64,000 bases of DNA from an uncultured Pelagibacteraceae bacterium (GCA_902544525.1 CACCCN010000001.1:160034-224033), one strand, 5' to 3'. Positions 8,985 through 18,752 are shown, counted from the stretch's first letter. The notes: generated from the sequence alone by a model not told the origin. Program-made: numbers and translations.

Positions 8985-9313
8985 TATTTTCTCCGTTAAG
9001 TTAATTTTTGAAGTCTGATCATTTCTGTTTAAATGTATGTTCTCAATTGAGATTGCCTGCCAGCTTGTCATCTAAATTTCAATTTTTAGAACTAAACTTC
9101 CTCAGACTCATTAAAAAATCCATATTTTTCAATACTTGTTAGCGATTTGATAATTTACACAATTTGTCAATTTAGCTTTATTTACCCACAGGTTTATAAA
9201 ATACTTTAACGAATTATTCGAAGCTATTTTTGCCAAGTTGTCATATGTATTTAAAACAATTTATGATTTTTATTTGATAAACCATCATTAAATTACAAAC
9301 TTTTGAGGTGCAA

Positions 9314-9664
9314 ATGAAAAAAATTACAGCATTTATTAAACCATTTAAATTATATGACGTTAGGAAGGCATTGGAGTCAATTAATGTACAAGGTATGTCA
9401 GTTACTGAGTCTAGAGGATATGGAAGACAAAAAGGACAATCTGAAACTTATCGTGGAGAGGAATATGACATTGCATTTTTGACAAAACTTAAAATTGAAA
9501 TTGCTACCACAAATGAGTTGTGTGATAAAATTGTAGAAACCATTATGAAAGCCGCAAGAACTGGGCAAATTGGCGACGGAAAAATATTAGTTTCTGATTT
9601 AGATAACGTTTATCGAATTAGAACTGGTGAAAATGGTATTGATGCAGTTGCAGAGTTTTTATAA
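9314..9664 (+). CDS. glnK: PII nitrogen regulatory protein (GlnK/GlnB family)
   Basis: IKPFKL, T-loop GYGRQKGQSETYRGEEY, ARTGQIGDGKI, RIRTGE; SD GAGG at 9305-9308 before ATG 9314. GlnK versus GlnB is assigned only from the amtB linkage. Confidence 0.88.
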   Translation: MKKITAFIKPFKLYDVRKALESINVQGMSVTESRGYGRQKGQSETYRGEEYDIAFLTKLKIEIATTNELCDKIVETIMKAARTGQIGDGKILVSDLDNVYRIRTGENGIDAVAEFL

Positions 9665-9672
9665 GTAATAGT

Positions 9673-12054
9673 TTATTTATACTCAATATATATTGGTGAT
9701 GACCATGCCCTTGGTTCGTCAAGTGCGGAGCAAGCCTCAATATTCCTTGGTTTTCTCCAATCTTGTGTACATATATCAACACTAATACAATTTCCTTCAG
9801 AGTCATATTCGCATCGAACACCTTGCGTATTAATTTGCATAGATGGCTCTTCGATTGCTCTTACGTAATAACTCATATCTATTTGAGATGAAGAGAATTC
9901 TTTATCTGTAAATGTAAGTTGGCATCCAATTTCATTATCTAGACAATTGTGCACTAACCAAGGATCTTGAATACGATCTTCGACAGGTTGATTCTCGTAC
10001 TCTTGTGGCATTACTCTAATTACTTCTATTCTAGTTATAGATTTTCTTGTATCACTTGGATTATAGCATTCATCATAACAAAGCTGCTCGACACGTTCTG
10101 CACCAAGAGCAGAATAAGCATCTTCTGGACAACCTTCTTTTTGTTCAAAAGAGCCCATAGCTTTTACTTCAAAAGTTGGATTATTATTTTGTTGAATTAA
10201 CGAACCCATTGGAACTTTATTGGCTCCATTTAACATATTAAACCAAAGTAAAATTCTTGGACCACTTGTTGCATAAGTCTCTCGTCTTTTGAAGGCGTCC
10301 CAAATTTCGTCTCGTGATCTGCCCTCAGTATGTACTGCTGCCAGTCCTCCAGTTTGTAAAAATCCTCTTTGTCTCTCAAATTCTATAGTGTTAAATCCAA
10401 GTTTTATGTCTGAAGTTTCGTATGCTATTGGCACATCATCTGAAACATAGTTTTGTCTCACTGGGTCTCTATAGGTTGGATCATCAGTATCAAACGTAGG
10501 TCCATGAAGAAGCTTATCGACAAATTTTGAAGAGGGTCCTGAAAAATCTATATTGTTACCAAACAATTCCTTATATCCTGACCCGGGCGCAGCTTGATGA
10601 TTGTCGCTTGATGAAATAAATCCATAGTTGAATCGATGTTTTGTTCCATCATCATTAAACTTTGTTAGTGCCATACCATATTGAGCGCTACCACCAGGAA
10701 CATAATTAAAAGCTGGGCTAAAACAATCTCTGCATTGACCAGCGTCTAATCGATCTAACAAACTAAAATGTGGTACAACCTTCCAACCATCTCGACCTCT
10801 GTCTACTACAGCTTGTTCAGTGAATTTTTTTCTTGTCTCGCATTCACTGGTTTCAATGCCTTGCGCAATGCATCTCTCATAAATTACTTCTCCTGCTCGA
10901 TAACATAAAGGGGTAAACTCTTTAGTGCCCTCTGGGCAAGTTTGTGTTCCGATATCATAAACTCTACCGTCTTTAGCTGTAAATGTTCCGTTCTCCACAT
11001 CAGCATAACCATCTTGTAAACCGAAAAATATATCTGTTATAAGCTCGCCCTCTCTAACAGGAGTAGAGGCTCTCCACGACCGGTACTCTTCAGAATTTCC
11101 ATGACCAGAATGCATCTCTAGTAGATCAAATTGTTGTGGGTATTGTTTGGATAACTCCAAACCTCTATCAAGCGTGTATGCTTTTGGGGTGTAGAATCCC
11201 CAAGTTTGACCATGAGGTATTATTAAATAATCTTTAGTATACTCCTCTACTTTATTTGCAAGCGATAAAGGAGTAATGGCCTCCTCATGACAATCTAACG
11301 GCAAATCTTTTGATAAAACATCCTCTGGACATAACGGTACTTTTTTTGTCTCAGCAATGTATCTTCTAAAGTCATTATAATTTTTAAAGTTTTTTACATC
11401 TATTATTGGGAATAAAGAATTTGGATATTCTGGAGCATTATTTAATAATGCATCTCTTGCAACACTTTTAGATGCAATTGCCCTTGGTGGTAATTTATCG
11501 TCTTCTTCATCTTTTAGAACTACATTGTGGTGCCCCCAATGAGTATTTCTAGTTGCACCAACTTGAGTCCACTCCCAACCAAGAAAAGCGACACAGTCTG
11601 GATTATTTCTATCCTTAGATAGAGCATTACATTTTCTAATGGTCTCTTTAGTTTCTTGCCATCGTTTAGGAGTAGTGGCTTCCGCATGATCAGTAATTGC
11701 CCAGAAGTCAACAGCTGCGCAATGACGGGCAAAATCACAAGCATCGGCTACGGGGTGTATTCCTGTTCCACCAACTATTGGTAAATTCCCCTGATGTGCA
11801 TCTGCAGAAAATGTTGAATGTACGTGCAAATCGCCAAATAAAATATGTTTTGTTGGCTCTACAGCCAAGATCTCAGCAGCATTATTTTGCCGGTCAATTC
11901 TATCTTGAATAAATTGTTCTGTATTAGATGTTCCTGTGATTTCTCCTGGCCCTAAGTCTTCACTAAAGATTGTATAATTAATAATTATTAAGGACGTTAC
12001 ACAAAATAAAATTAGTATTAATATAAAATAGAAAAAAATGCGTAATATTTTCAT
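9673..12054 (-). CDS. DUF3604 family protein (PHP-like metallohydrolase fold), N-terminally membrane-anchored and Cys-rich
   Basis: FGDLHVHS, AITDHAE, GWEWT, IIPHG, SSDNH, GGLAAV..RDEIWDAFKRRETYATSGPRI, YYVRAIE, RAWSSPI. Likely start MKILRIFF at 12054. Confidence 0.85.
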   Translation of the reverse strand: MKILRIFFYFILILILFCVTSLIIINYTIFSEDLGPGEITGTSNTEQFIQDRIDRQNNAAEILAVEPTKHILFGDLHVHSTFSADAHQGNLPIVGGTGIHPVADACDFARHCAAVDFWAITDHAEATTPKRWQETKETIRKCNALSKDRNNPDCVAFLGWEWTQVGATRNTHWGHHNVVLKDEEDDKLPPRAIASKSVARDALLNNAPEYPNSLFPIIDVKNFKNYNDFRRYIAETKKVPLCPEDVLSKDLPLDCHEEAITPLSLANKVEEYTKDYLIIPHGQTWGFYTPKAYTLDRGLELSKQYPQQFDLLEMHSGHGNSEEYRSWRASTPVREGELITDIFFGLQDGYADVENGTFTAKDGRVYDIGTQTCPEGTKEFTPLCYRAGEVIYERCIAQGIETSECETRKKFTEQAVVDRGRDGWKVVPHFSLLDRLDAGQCRDCFSPAFNYVPGGSAQYGMALTKFNDDGTKHRFNYGFISSSDNHQAAPGSGYKELFGNNIDFSGPSSKFVDKLLHGPTFDTDDPTYRDPVRQNYVSDDVPIAYETSDIKLGFNTIEFERQRGFLQTGGLAAVHTEGRSRDEIWDAFKRRETYATSGPRILLWFNMLNGANKVPMGSLIQQNNNPTFEVKAMGSFEQKEGCPEDAYSALGAERVEQLCYDECYNPSDTRKSITRIEVIRVMPQEYENQPVEDRIQDPWLVHNCLDNEIGCQLTFTDKEFSSSQIDMSYYVRAIEEPSMQINTQGVRCEYDSEGNCISVDICTQDWRKPRNIEACSALDEPRAWSSPIYIEYK

Positions 12055-12079
12055 AACTAATAAGTAATTATAAATTAAA

Positions 12080-12976
12080 ATGCCAAAAAACAAAAACTTT
12101 TATCTATTTCTGCTCTCCTTGATATTGGGTTTAATTATCTTATTTTTTGAGATTTTCTATAACCAAAATTCAGCAAATTTTATCAATAATCGTGCGATTG
12201 CTAAGGTAAATGATCAATACATTAATGAAGACCAATTTCTTAAATATGCGATAACTCTTGGTGCTGATTTTAAAGCAGAGGAAGATGAAGAGTTAATAGA
12301 TCTCGTGCTTGAGAGAATGATTGAAGAAGAGCTCCTTGTACAAAGAGCAATTGAATTAAAATTACACCAACAAGATATTCAAGTTCGAAAAGTTTTAATA
12401 GAGCAAATTATAGAGTTTATTTTGCAATTGGAGAATTTAAACCCATCTGACGAACAATTAAAACAATATTTTATAAATAATATTGGAAAATACAGTTCTG
12501 ACGTTGAATTAAAAATTGATAGTATTTTTTTAAAATCAAAAAGTGAGGGCTCCGCAATGTTAGGTAGTGAGTATGATTTTGAACTTCACCAGAATAAACT
12601 TGATAACGTAACAAGTTTTATTGAAACTTATGATTTTTCAGCAGCGAAACAAAAATTTAATGAGCCTGGGTTTTTTATAATTCCTAATGGATTAATTAAA
12701 TATAAAGATTGTATTCAATACTTAGGACCAACGATTTGTAATAACCTCAGGTCTCTTAATCCTGGAACTGTCACTGAACCTATTTTTTATAATAATGGTT
12801 TCTATTTTTTAAAATTAGTTGAAATCAAAAAATCGCTTGCCGAAGCTAAAGATTTTTCAAAGTTTAGAGAGCAGATAATTTTTGATTATCAAAATTATGA
12901 AGATGATCAGGCTTTCATAAAATATATAGAATTTTTGAAATCTAGGGCGTCAATAACAAAATATGATTTAAAATGA
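12080..12976 (+). CDS. SurA-N / parvulin (PpiC)-like membrane-anchored chaperone
   Basis: N-terminal TM, AIAKVNDQYI, LERMIEEELLVQRAIELKL, PSDEQLKQYF, degenerate rotamase region (LGPTIC..LNPG..TEPI..GFYFLKL), C-terminal FLKSRASI. Confidence 0.7.
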   Translation: MPKNKNFYLFLLSLILGLIILFFEIFYNQNSANFINNRAIAKVNDQYINEDQFLKYAITLGADFKAEEDEELIDLVLERMIEEELLVQRAIELKLHQQDIQVRKVLIEQIIEFILQLENLNPSDEQLKQYFINNIGKYSSDVELKIDSIFLKSKSEGSAMLGSEYDFELHQNKLDNVTSFIETYDFSAAKQKFNEPGFFIIPNGLIKYKDCIQYLGPTICNNLRSLNPGTVTEPIFYNNGFYFLKLVEIKKSLAEAKDFSKFREQIIFDYQNYEDDQAFIKYIEFLKSRASITKYDLK

Positions 12977-14196
12977 AAAAAATACTGCTTTTTTCGTTAA
13001 TTCTTATAATTATATCTAAATTTAGCTATGCTCATTACTTTAGTGAATCATATTCAAACTGGATTATTTCAGACAATAAAGTTTCGGCGACATTTACAAT
13101 ATTAAAATTAGAAGCAACACGTGTTCTTCAAATTGATAAATTTCAAGAAATTGGACAAGAAAAGCAACTATCAGAAGGTGAGGTTTTTTTAGAGTATTTT
13201 AAGCCGAGAATATCAGTTTTAGAGGCTTCAAAAGAATGCCTATTAGATAAAGTACCATCATTAATAAATGGTAAAGATGAGTATCATACAATTGAACTTA
13301 GTTACTTATGCGACTCTACTAATTCAATAAAAATAATTAATAATATTCTTTTTGATATTGCTCAAAGTCACGTTCACTTAAGCCGTATAAGTATAAATGA
13401 CCAAATTTTAGAAAAAGCTTTATTTTATAATGATCAAACAATTTTCATCAACGATCTAAAGACTAATAAAGAGAAAAGTTTTGTTGATAGTTTAACTAAC
13501 TTTATCAGCACTGGTATAAATCATATTTTAACTGGATTTGATCATCTAATTTTTTTAATGGGCTTGATAATACTTGTGAATAATTTTAAACATTTGTTAA
13601 TTGTCATTACAGGATTCACTCTTGGGCATAGTGTTACACTGGCATTAGTTGCTCTTAATATTGTGGTACCTAATACATTGATGATCGAGGCTTTAATAGG
13701 ATTTACAATTTTATTTATTGCAGCTGAATATATGATGAAAGACGAAAAGAACTTCATTCCTATTATTGCTATTCTTTTATCCATTTTAACTCTTGCTGCT
13801 ATAAGTTCTTTGTTTTTACAAATCTCAATGACACTTATTTCCTTTATAGCTCTGATACTTATAACGATAGGATATTTTGGAATTCTAAGAAATCTGAAGA
13901 ATAAAGGCTCTTTTCGAATTATAATTACAAGTTTATTTGGAATAATTCATGGATTTGGCTTTGGTACATTTTTATTTAATTCTGAGTTTGATCAAACCAA
14001 TATAATAAGTGCGTTATTTGGTTTTAATTTAGGCGTAGAAATAGGACAAATCATTTTTTTAATGATTTTCATTTTATTAAATCTATCTTTAATAAAGCTA
14101 CTAAAATCAAAAAATCATCAATACTTAATGCAAACTTTAATGATTATAGTTTCTAGTTTAGGATTTTATTGGTTTATACAAAGACTTTATTTCTAA
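12973..14196 (+). CDS. HupE/UreJ family membrane protein with N-terminal periplasmic domain
   Basis: Signal peptide ending SYA|H; GINHILTGFDHLIFL, TGFTLGHSVTL, EALIGFTI, FGIIHGFGF, FNLGVEIGQ; ATGA overlap with the upstream gene. Confidence 0.85.
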   Translation: MKKILLFSLILIIISKFSYAHYFSESYSNWIISDNKVSATFTILKLEATRVLQIDKFQEIGQEKQLSEGEVFLEYFKPRISVLEASKECLLDKVPSLINGKDEYHTIELSYLCDSTNSIKIINNILFDIAQSHVHLSRISINDQILEKALFYNDQTIFINDLKTNKEKSFVDSLTNFISTGINHILTGFDHLIFLMGLIILVNNFKHLLIVITGFTLGHSVTLALVALNIVVPNTLMIEALIGFTILFIAAEYMMKDEKNFIPIIAILLSILTLAAISSLFLQISMTLISFIALILITIGYFGILRNLKNKGSFRIIITSLFGIIHGFGFGTFLFNSEFDQTNIISALFGFNLGVEIGQIIFLMIFILLNLSLIKLLKSKNHQYLMQTLMIIVSSLGFYWFIQRLYF

Positions 14197-14642
14197 TTAA
14201 ATTGCTGAGTAATTAGAATAAAAGTTAAAATTATCACTAAAAACGATAGTGGCACTCTCATATTTAAAAACCAATATGGAGTTGCTTTTTTATTATATAA
14301 ATAAAAATCAGTTAGTGTGGCAAATATGTAAGATGCAATAATAAGGCATAATGACAGAACCAATGAGTGCAGCACTAGCAGAGCACCCCAGGCAATTAAA
14401 GCTGGTACAACAGATAATGTTAATGGAAATCCTATATTAAATAGTTGATCAGCTTTCGAAATAATCATGCCCCATTGAATGCCACCCAAAAATGACGCAA
14501 TAATCGCTGAATATGCAATGAATGTATAAAGAAGAAGTTCATAGACATTATTTTCTGGTGGCGAAATAAAATATGCTGCAAAGATTAAAATAAATGGTAT
14601 TAATCCTAGTATTCCTAAAATTAAAAATGATCTTTGTCCCAT
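14193..14642 (-). CDS. DUF3429 family membrane protein
   Basis: LGILGLIPF, YSAIIASFLGGIQWG, WFLNMRVPLS. Confidence 0.8.
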   Translation of the reverse strand: MGQRSFLILGILGLIPFILIFAAYFISPPENNVYELLLYTFIAYSAIIASFLGGIQWGMIISKADQLFNIGFPLTLSVVPALIAWGALLVLHSLVLSLCLIIASYIFATLTDFYLYNKKATPYWFLNMRVPLSFLVIILTFILITQQFN

Positions 14643-14646
14643 TAAC

Positions 14647-16362
14647 CTAATCTGTAAAATAACCTAAAGTTTGTAAAAATTTCAATTTTCCACCTTCTAC
14701 TTTTATAGATCCATTAGTCAACGCTAATGAAATTTGTGCAATATTTTGTAATCCTGCCAAGATTTCTTTCAATTCGTGTTGGTTAGTTTCAACAATAAGA
14801 TCTGCATTATCAATCTTATCATACCCTAGCTCAATAATACCGCGTCTAAAATTCAAGACAAAAACATCATTAATATCTTTAAATTTAAACATAACTTTTT
14901 CTTCAACATCAACAGTTTTAGCTGCATTTAAATTTACCGGTAAAGATTTGATAATTGACTTCATTGGAATTGCTTCAAGTTGCTTAGATGAAATGGCTAC
15001 ATCTCTAAAGTATACACCATAATCACCGCGCAATTCTCCCGCGACAGTTTTATAGAAATAATAGTCGTTAGAAGCGGTTTGAGTTTGAGCAAATTTTTCA
15101 GCTGCATTTGCCTTAATATTTTTTGCTTTTTGATCATTATTATCAAGGGCTATTAGGGAGTCTGCTAGCTCCATAGACCATTGATACTCTCTATTTTTTA
15201 AAGCTGTCTCTGCTGCTGAATACAAGTCAGTTTGCTTTTGAGCTAAAGCAATCATTTTTTTAGCTTTTTCTTCAGGAGAGAGTGGGTGTAAGGTTGTAAT
15301 ATTGCCATTAAACCAACCAATATATCCAGAAAAAATTGACCTGACATAGGAACTTATAGAGCCGTAGAATTCTTGTAAGTAAGGCGATTCACTAAGATGT
15401 GATGGTAATTGAATTTTTGATACAATCTCATTTGGTAATAAGCCTTTATTTATATGTCTTACAGTCTGATCATGAACAAATTGAATTGCATCTCTATAAT
15501 CTGTAAGCGCCCTATAGACATTGTCTTTTCCAATAACTGGTCGACTATGGCTAGGAATTAAATATTTTGCATTTAATTTTCTAATTTTATCTAAACTATA
15601 AACCCATTCCATCGGACTTCTATATTTTGTTCCTCTAATTGCATATAAGTTTGCGAAAGATCTATAAAAATTATCACCTACCATAACGGCTTCTTGCTCT
15701 GGCAAATATACATAAAGATGATCGTCGGTTTCACCTGGTACGTGTGCTAATTCCATTTGAATATTATCAATTTTAAGATTTAATATTTTATCAAAAGTTA
15801 CATTAGGACGTATTAATCCAGATGTTGTATCTGCATTAATTTCTAAAAAGCCCCCAATACCTTGATGAACTATACTTTCTTTATTTAGCGGTATTCCAAA
15901 TTGTCTTGCGGAACGCTCATAGATGATTGGGCGTATAATAGTTGAAATATTATCAATGTTATAAAGTATATTCTCTTGACCATAAACTTTAACATTTGTA
16001 TCACTGGCAAATATAGTCGCGCCTCCAATGTGATCTGGATGATTGTGCGTATAAATAATGTTATTAATTGGATTTTTTGAAATTTTGTTTAAATCTTTTT
16101 TTATTTCAGTTGCAGATTCTTCACTGCCAGCAGTATCAATAATGATATTTTCATTGTCTCCAACTACCATAATAACATTTGCTAAGGCATACCCGATTGC
16201 AATATAAATGTTTTTTTCAATTTGAATTATATCTTTTCTAAATTCGTTTGCATGATCAGTGCTGAGACCACCTTTTTGAGATATTGTACGTTCAGTAGTG
16301 GTTTGCTCGCTACAAGAAATCAATGAAAAGATAAGTGAAATTATCAATAACGATTTATACAT
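14647..16362 (-). CDS. Alkyl/aryl sulfatase, metallo-beta-lactamase fold (SdsA1/BDS1-like), lipoprotein
   Basis: Lipobox LISC; YTHNHPDHIGG, PGETDD, NLYAIRGT, PSH, QEFYG, GYIGWFNGN (dimerisation domain), SCP2-like C-terminus. Confidence 0.88.
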   Translation of the reverse strand: MYKSLLIISLIFSLISCSEQTTTERTISQKGGLSTDHANEFRKDIIQIEKNIYIAIGYALANVIMVVGDNENIIIDTAGSEESATEIKKDLNKISKNPINNIIYTHNHPDHIGGATIFASDTNVKVYGQENILYNIDNISTIIRPIIYERSARQFGIPLNKESIVHQGIGGFLEINADTTSGLIRPNVTFDKILNLKIDNIQMELAHVPGETDDHLYVYLPEQEAVMVGDNFYRSFANLYAIRGTKYRSPMEWVYSLDKIRKLNAKYLIPSHSRPVIGKDNVYRALTDYRDAIQFVHDQTVRHINKGLLPNEIVSKIQLPSHLSESPYLQEFYGSISSYVRSIFSGYIGWFNGNITTLHPLSPEEKAKKMIALAQKQTDLYSAAETALKNREYQWSMELADSLIALDNNDQKAKNIKANAAEKFAQTQTASNDYYFYKTVAGELRGDYGVYFRDVAISSKQLEAIPMKSIIKSLPVNLNAAKTVDVEEKVMFKFKDINDVFVLNFRRGIIELGYDKIDNADLIVETNQHELKEILAGLQNIAQISLALTNGSIKVEGGKLKFLQTLGYFTD

Positions 16363-16432
16363 TTTAATTTTTATATTTATTTACTAGATCTAATTTTTAA
16401 TAGATCTTTAAGCTACAACAATAGTTTTAGAA

Positions 16433-17302
16433 ATGAAATATAATAATGAAACACTTGGTGCAATTGCACTGATCTTTGCCGGAATATTTCTAAGTTTTGG
16501 TGGAGTGATTATAAAGTATATGGAGTCAGCCTCTGCATGGCAAGTGACTGGATATCGATCTATCACTTTTAGCCTTGCAATACTTCTTTATATTTTTTTA
16601 AAGTATAAGAAAGATACTCCAAAAGTATTTCAGAAAATTGGTTACAACGGTATATTGGTTGCAGTTATACTTGGATTTAGTAATACCTGTTTTGTATGGG
16701 GTATGAGTACAACCTCAGTTTCAAATGCTGTTTTTATTATGAGTACGGGTCCACTTTTTGCAGCTGTGTGCTCGTACTTTTTTTTAAAAAGAACTATAGG
16801 TAGAAAAACATTAATTGCAATTGGAGGGTCAATGATTGGTATATCTATTATGTTTTCCGGTGGCATTGAGTCTACTAATTATATTGGAAACATAATTATT
16901 TTAGGAGTTCCTATTGCATTTGCTTTTCAGTTAACAATATTAAACTTTAATTCACATATTGATTTTATGCCTGCAACTTTTTTGGGTGGTGTATTTTCTT
17001 CGCTGATTGGTTTTGTTTTCATGTCTAGTTTAGATATTTCAACTCACGATTTATTACTTTGTTTGTTTATGGGTGCATTTCAAGTTGGTATAGGATTTAT
17101 GCTAATAACTATTGGTTCTAGATATATACCTCCGCACAGAGCTGCTTTATTTTTACTTATGGAACCTGTATTAGCGCCAATTTGGGCTTGGCTTGGTGTT
17201 GGCGAAATACCAGCGGCTGTAGAAATGTTAGGGGGTTTAGTTGTTTTATCTTTTGTCTCTTACAAAATAATTGATCAATTTAAAAACACTCAGAATGGTT
17301 AG
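16433..17302 (+). CDS. DMT/EamA family permease
   Basis: About 10 TM helices, LMEPVLAPIWAWL..GE.P motif. Confidence 0.87.
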   Translation: MKYNNETLGAIALIFAGIFLSFGGVIIKYMESASAWQVTGYRSITFSLAILLYIFLKYKKDTPKVFQKIGYNGILVAVILGFSNTCFVWGMSTTSVSNAVFIMSTGPLFAAVCSYFFLKRTIGRKTLIAIGGSMIGISIMFSGGIESTNYIGNIIILGVPIAFAFQLTILNFNSHIDFMPATFLGGVFSSLIGFVFMSSLDISTHDLLLCLFMGAFQVGIGFMLITIGSRYIPPHRAALFLLMEPVLAPIWAWLGVGEIPAAVEMLGGLVVLSFVSYKIIDQFKNTQNG

Positions 17303-17372
17303 CTTTTTAAATTTTTCACTATGTTTATAAATTTTAAGTGACAAAATATTCTTTAATATTTAGATTTCAAAT

Positions 17373-18203
17373 ATGAAAATTAATATTCTCTCTGGTGCGT
17401 TGGGTGCAGAAATTTTGAACTTTAGTTTAAATACAATCACCCATGACAATTTTAAGATTTTGAATGACTTACTTTTAGAACATAAAGTTATTTTTTTTAG
17501 AGATCAAAATATTGCTCCAGAAGAATTAATGTATCTCGGATCTTTATTCGGTACAGTTGAAGAGCATGCATATGTAAAAGGATTAGAAAATTTTCCACAA
17601 ATTACTAGGATTGTTAAAGCCGCAAATGAAAAAAATCAATGGGGCGAGGGATGGCATAGTGACGTGAGTTATGATTTAAAACCTTGCAAAACTATTATCC
17701 TCAGATCAATAAAAATTCCACCAGTAGGTGGAGATACTGTGTTTTCAAATATGGAATTAGCTTGGGAAACTCTTGATGAAGGTATTAAAAATATAATTCA
17801 TGACAAGAAAGCATTACATGAGTCAAATGGGTCAAAATTTTTTGTTGAAAACTATTCACAGATGGAAAGCAATGGTCTTGTAGGTGAAAAATATTCAAAT
17901 GAACATCCTATAGTAAGGACACATCCTGAGACAGGAAATAAAATTTTATTTGTCAATCCAACCTATACAAAGAAAATTTTAGGAATACCAGAAAATGATA
18001 GTAATAAATTACTCGAAAAAATTTTTAGACATCAAGAAAGACTGGATCTTTCATGTCGATTTAAATGGACCGACAATGCAATAGCTATTTTAGATAATAG
18101 GTGCACGCAACATTATGCAATAGCTGATTTTTACCCAGGAAGAGGCTTGGGACATGAACGAATTATGGATAGAATTGCAATAGTAGGCGATCAACCATTT
18201 TAA
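17373..18203 (+). CDS. TauD/TfdA family Fe(II)/2-oxoglutarate dioxygenase
   Basis: LGAEI, VIFFRDQ, WHSD (HxD), GGDTVF, HPIVRTHPETG, DNRCTQHYA, terminal Arg. Confidence 0.92.
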   Translation: MKINILSGALGAEILNFSLNTITHDNFKILNDLLLEHKVIFFRDQNIAPEELMYLGSLFGTVEEHAYVKGLENFPQITRIVKAANEKNQWGEGWHSDVSYDLKPCKTIILRSIKIPPVGGDTVFSNMELAWETLDEGIKNIIHDKKALHESNGSKFFVENYSQMESNGLVGEKYSNEHPIVRTHPETGNKILFVNPTYTKKILGIPENDSNKLLEKIFRHQERLDLSCRFKWTDNAIAILDNRCTQHYAIADFYPGRGLGHERIMDRIAIVGDQPF

Positions 18204-18207
18204 TTTA

Positions 18208-18747
18208 CTATTCCTGCATATTTTTTTGAATAAACATTACTTGCGACAAAATAAATAGTAATGACAATCCCATAATACCAAATAATTTGAAGTTAACCCA
18301 AACGGTGTCAGAAAAGTTTCTATAAACTATCTCATTACAAATCGCTAAAAATAAAAAAAATATTGCCCATCTGTATGTCAGCTTGAACCAGGCAGAGTCA
18401 TTTAATTTTAATGAAGACCCCATTAAATTTTTAAGCAAAGGTTTTTTAAAATATAGGCCTATTAAAAGAATTGATGCAAAAATAAAGTTAACAAAAGTAA
18501 CTTTAAATTTTATAAACCAAGGATCATCAAGAGCTACTGTTAGAAAACCAAAAATTAATATCAAAATTGAGCTAAATAACAGCATTGGTGGAATTTTTTT
18601 TTCTACAATATAAGACAGTACCATAGCCACCACTGCAGCAAGCATTAATGGAACTATTGCACCTTGAATTTCCCCTGTTTTAAAAAAGAAAATAAAAAAA
18701 ACTACTATTGGACCATATTCAATAAATGGCTTAGCTATACTTTTCAC
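18208..18747 (-). CDS. ispZ: Intracellular septation protein IspZ/YciB
   Basis: EYGPIVVFF, FIKFKVT, WAIFF..NEIVYR, WVNFKLFG; GTG start. Confidence 0.9.
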   Translation of the reverse strand: MKSIAKPFIEYGPIVVFFIFFFKTGEIQGAIVPLMLAAVVAMVLSYIVEKKIPPMLLFSSILILIFGFLTVALDDPWFIKFKVTFVNFIFASILLIGLYFKKPLLKNLMGSSLKLNDSAWFKLTYRWAIFFLFLAICNEIVYRNFSDTVWVNFKLFGIMGLSLLFILSQVMFIQKNMQE

Positions 18748-18752
18748 AATAA

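Noticed and set aside
8985-9071. N-terminal extensions in the ORF track (amtB copy 2; likewise umuC, DUF3604, ubiB)
   Set aside because: Downstream ATGs fit better with SD position, signal peptides, family N-termini and neighbouring genes.
9182-9190. DnaA-box-like TTACCCACA in the amtB-PII spacer
   Set aside because: Single box with one mismatch, expected by chance.
9221-9236. Possible sigma54 promoter (TTGGCA...GC on the minus strand)
   Set aside because: GG and GC are 8 nt apart, not the required 10.
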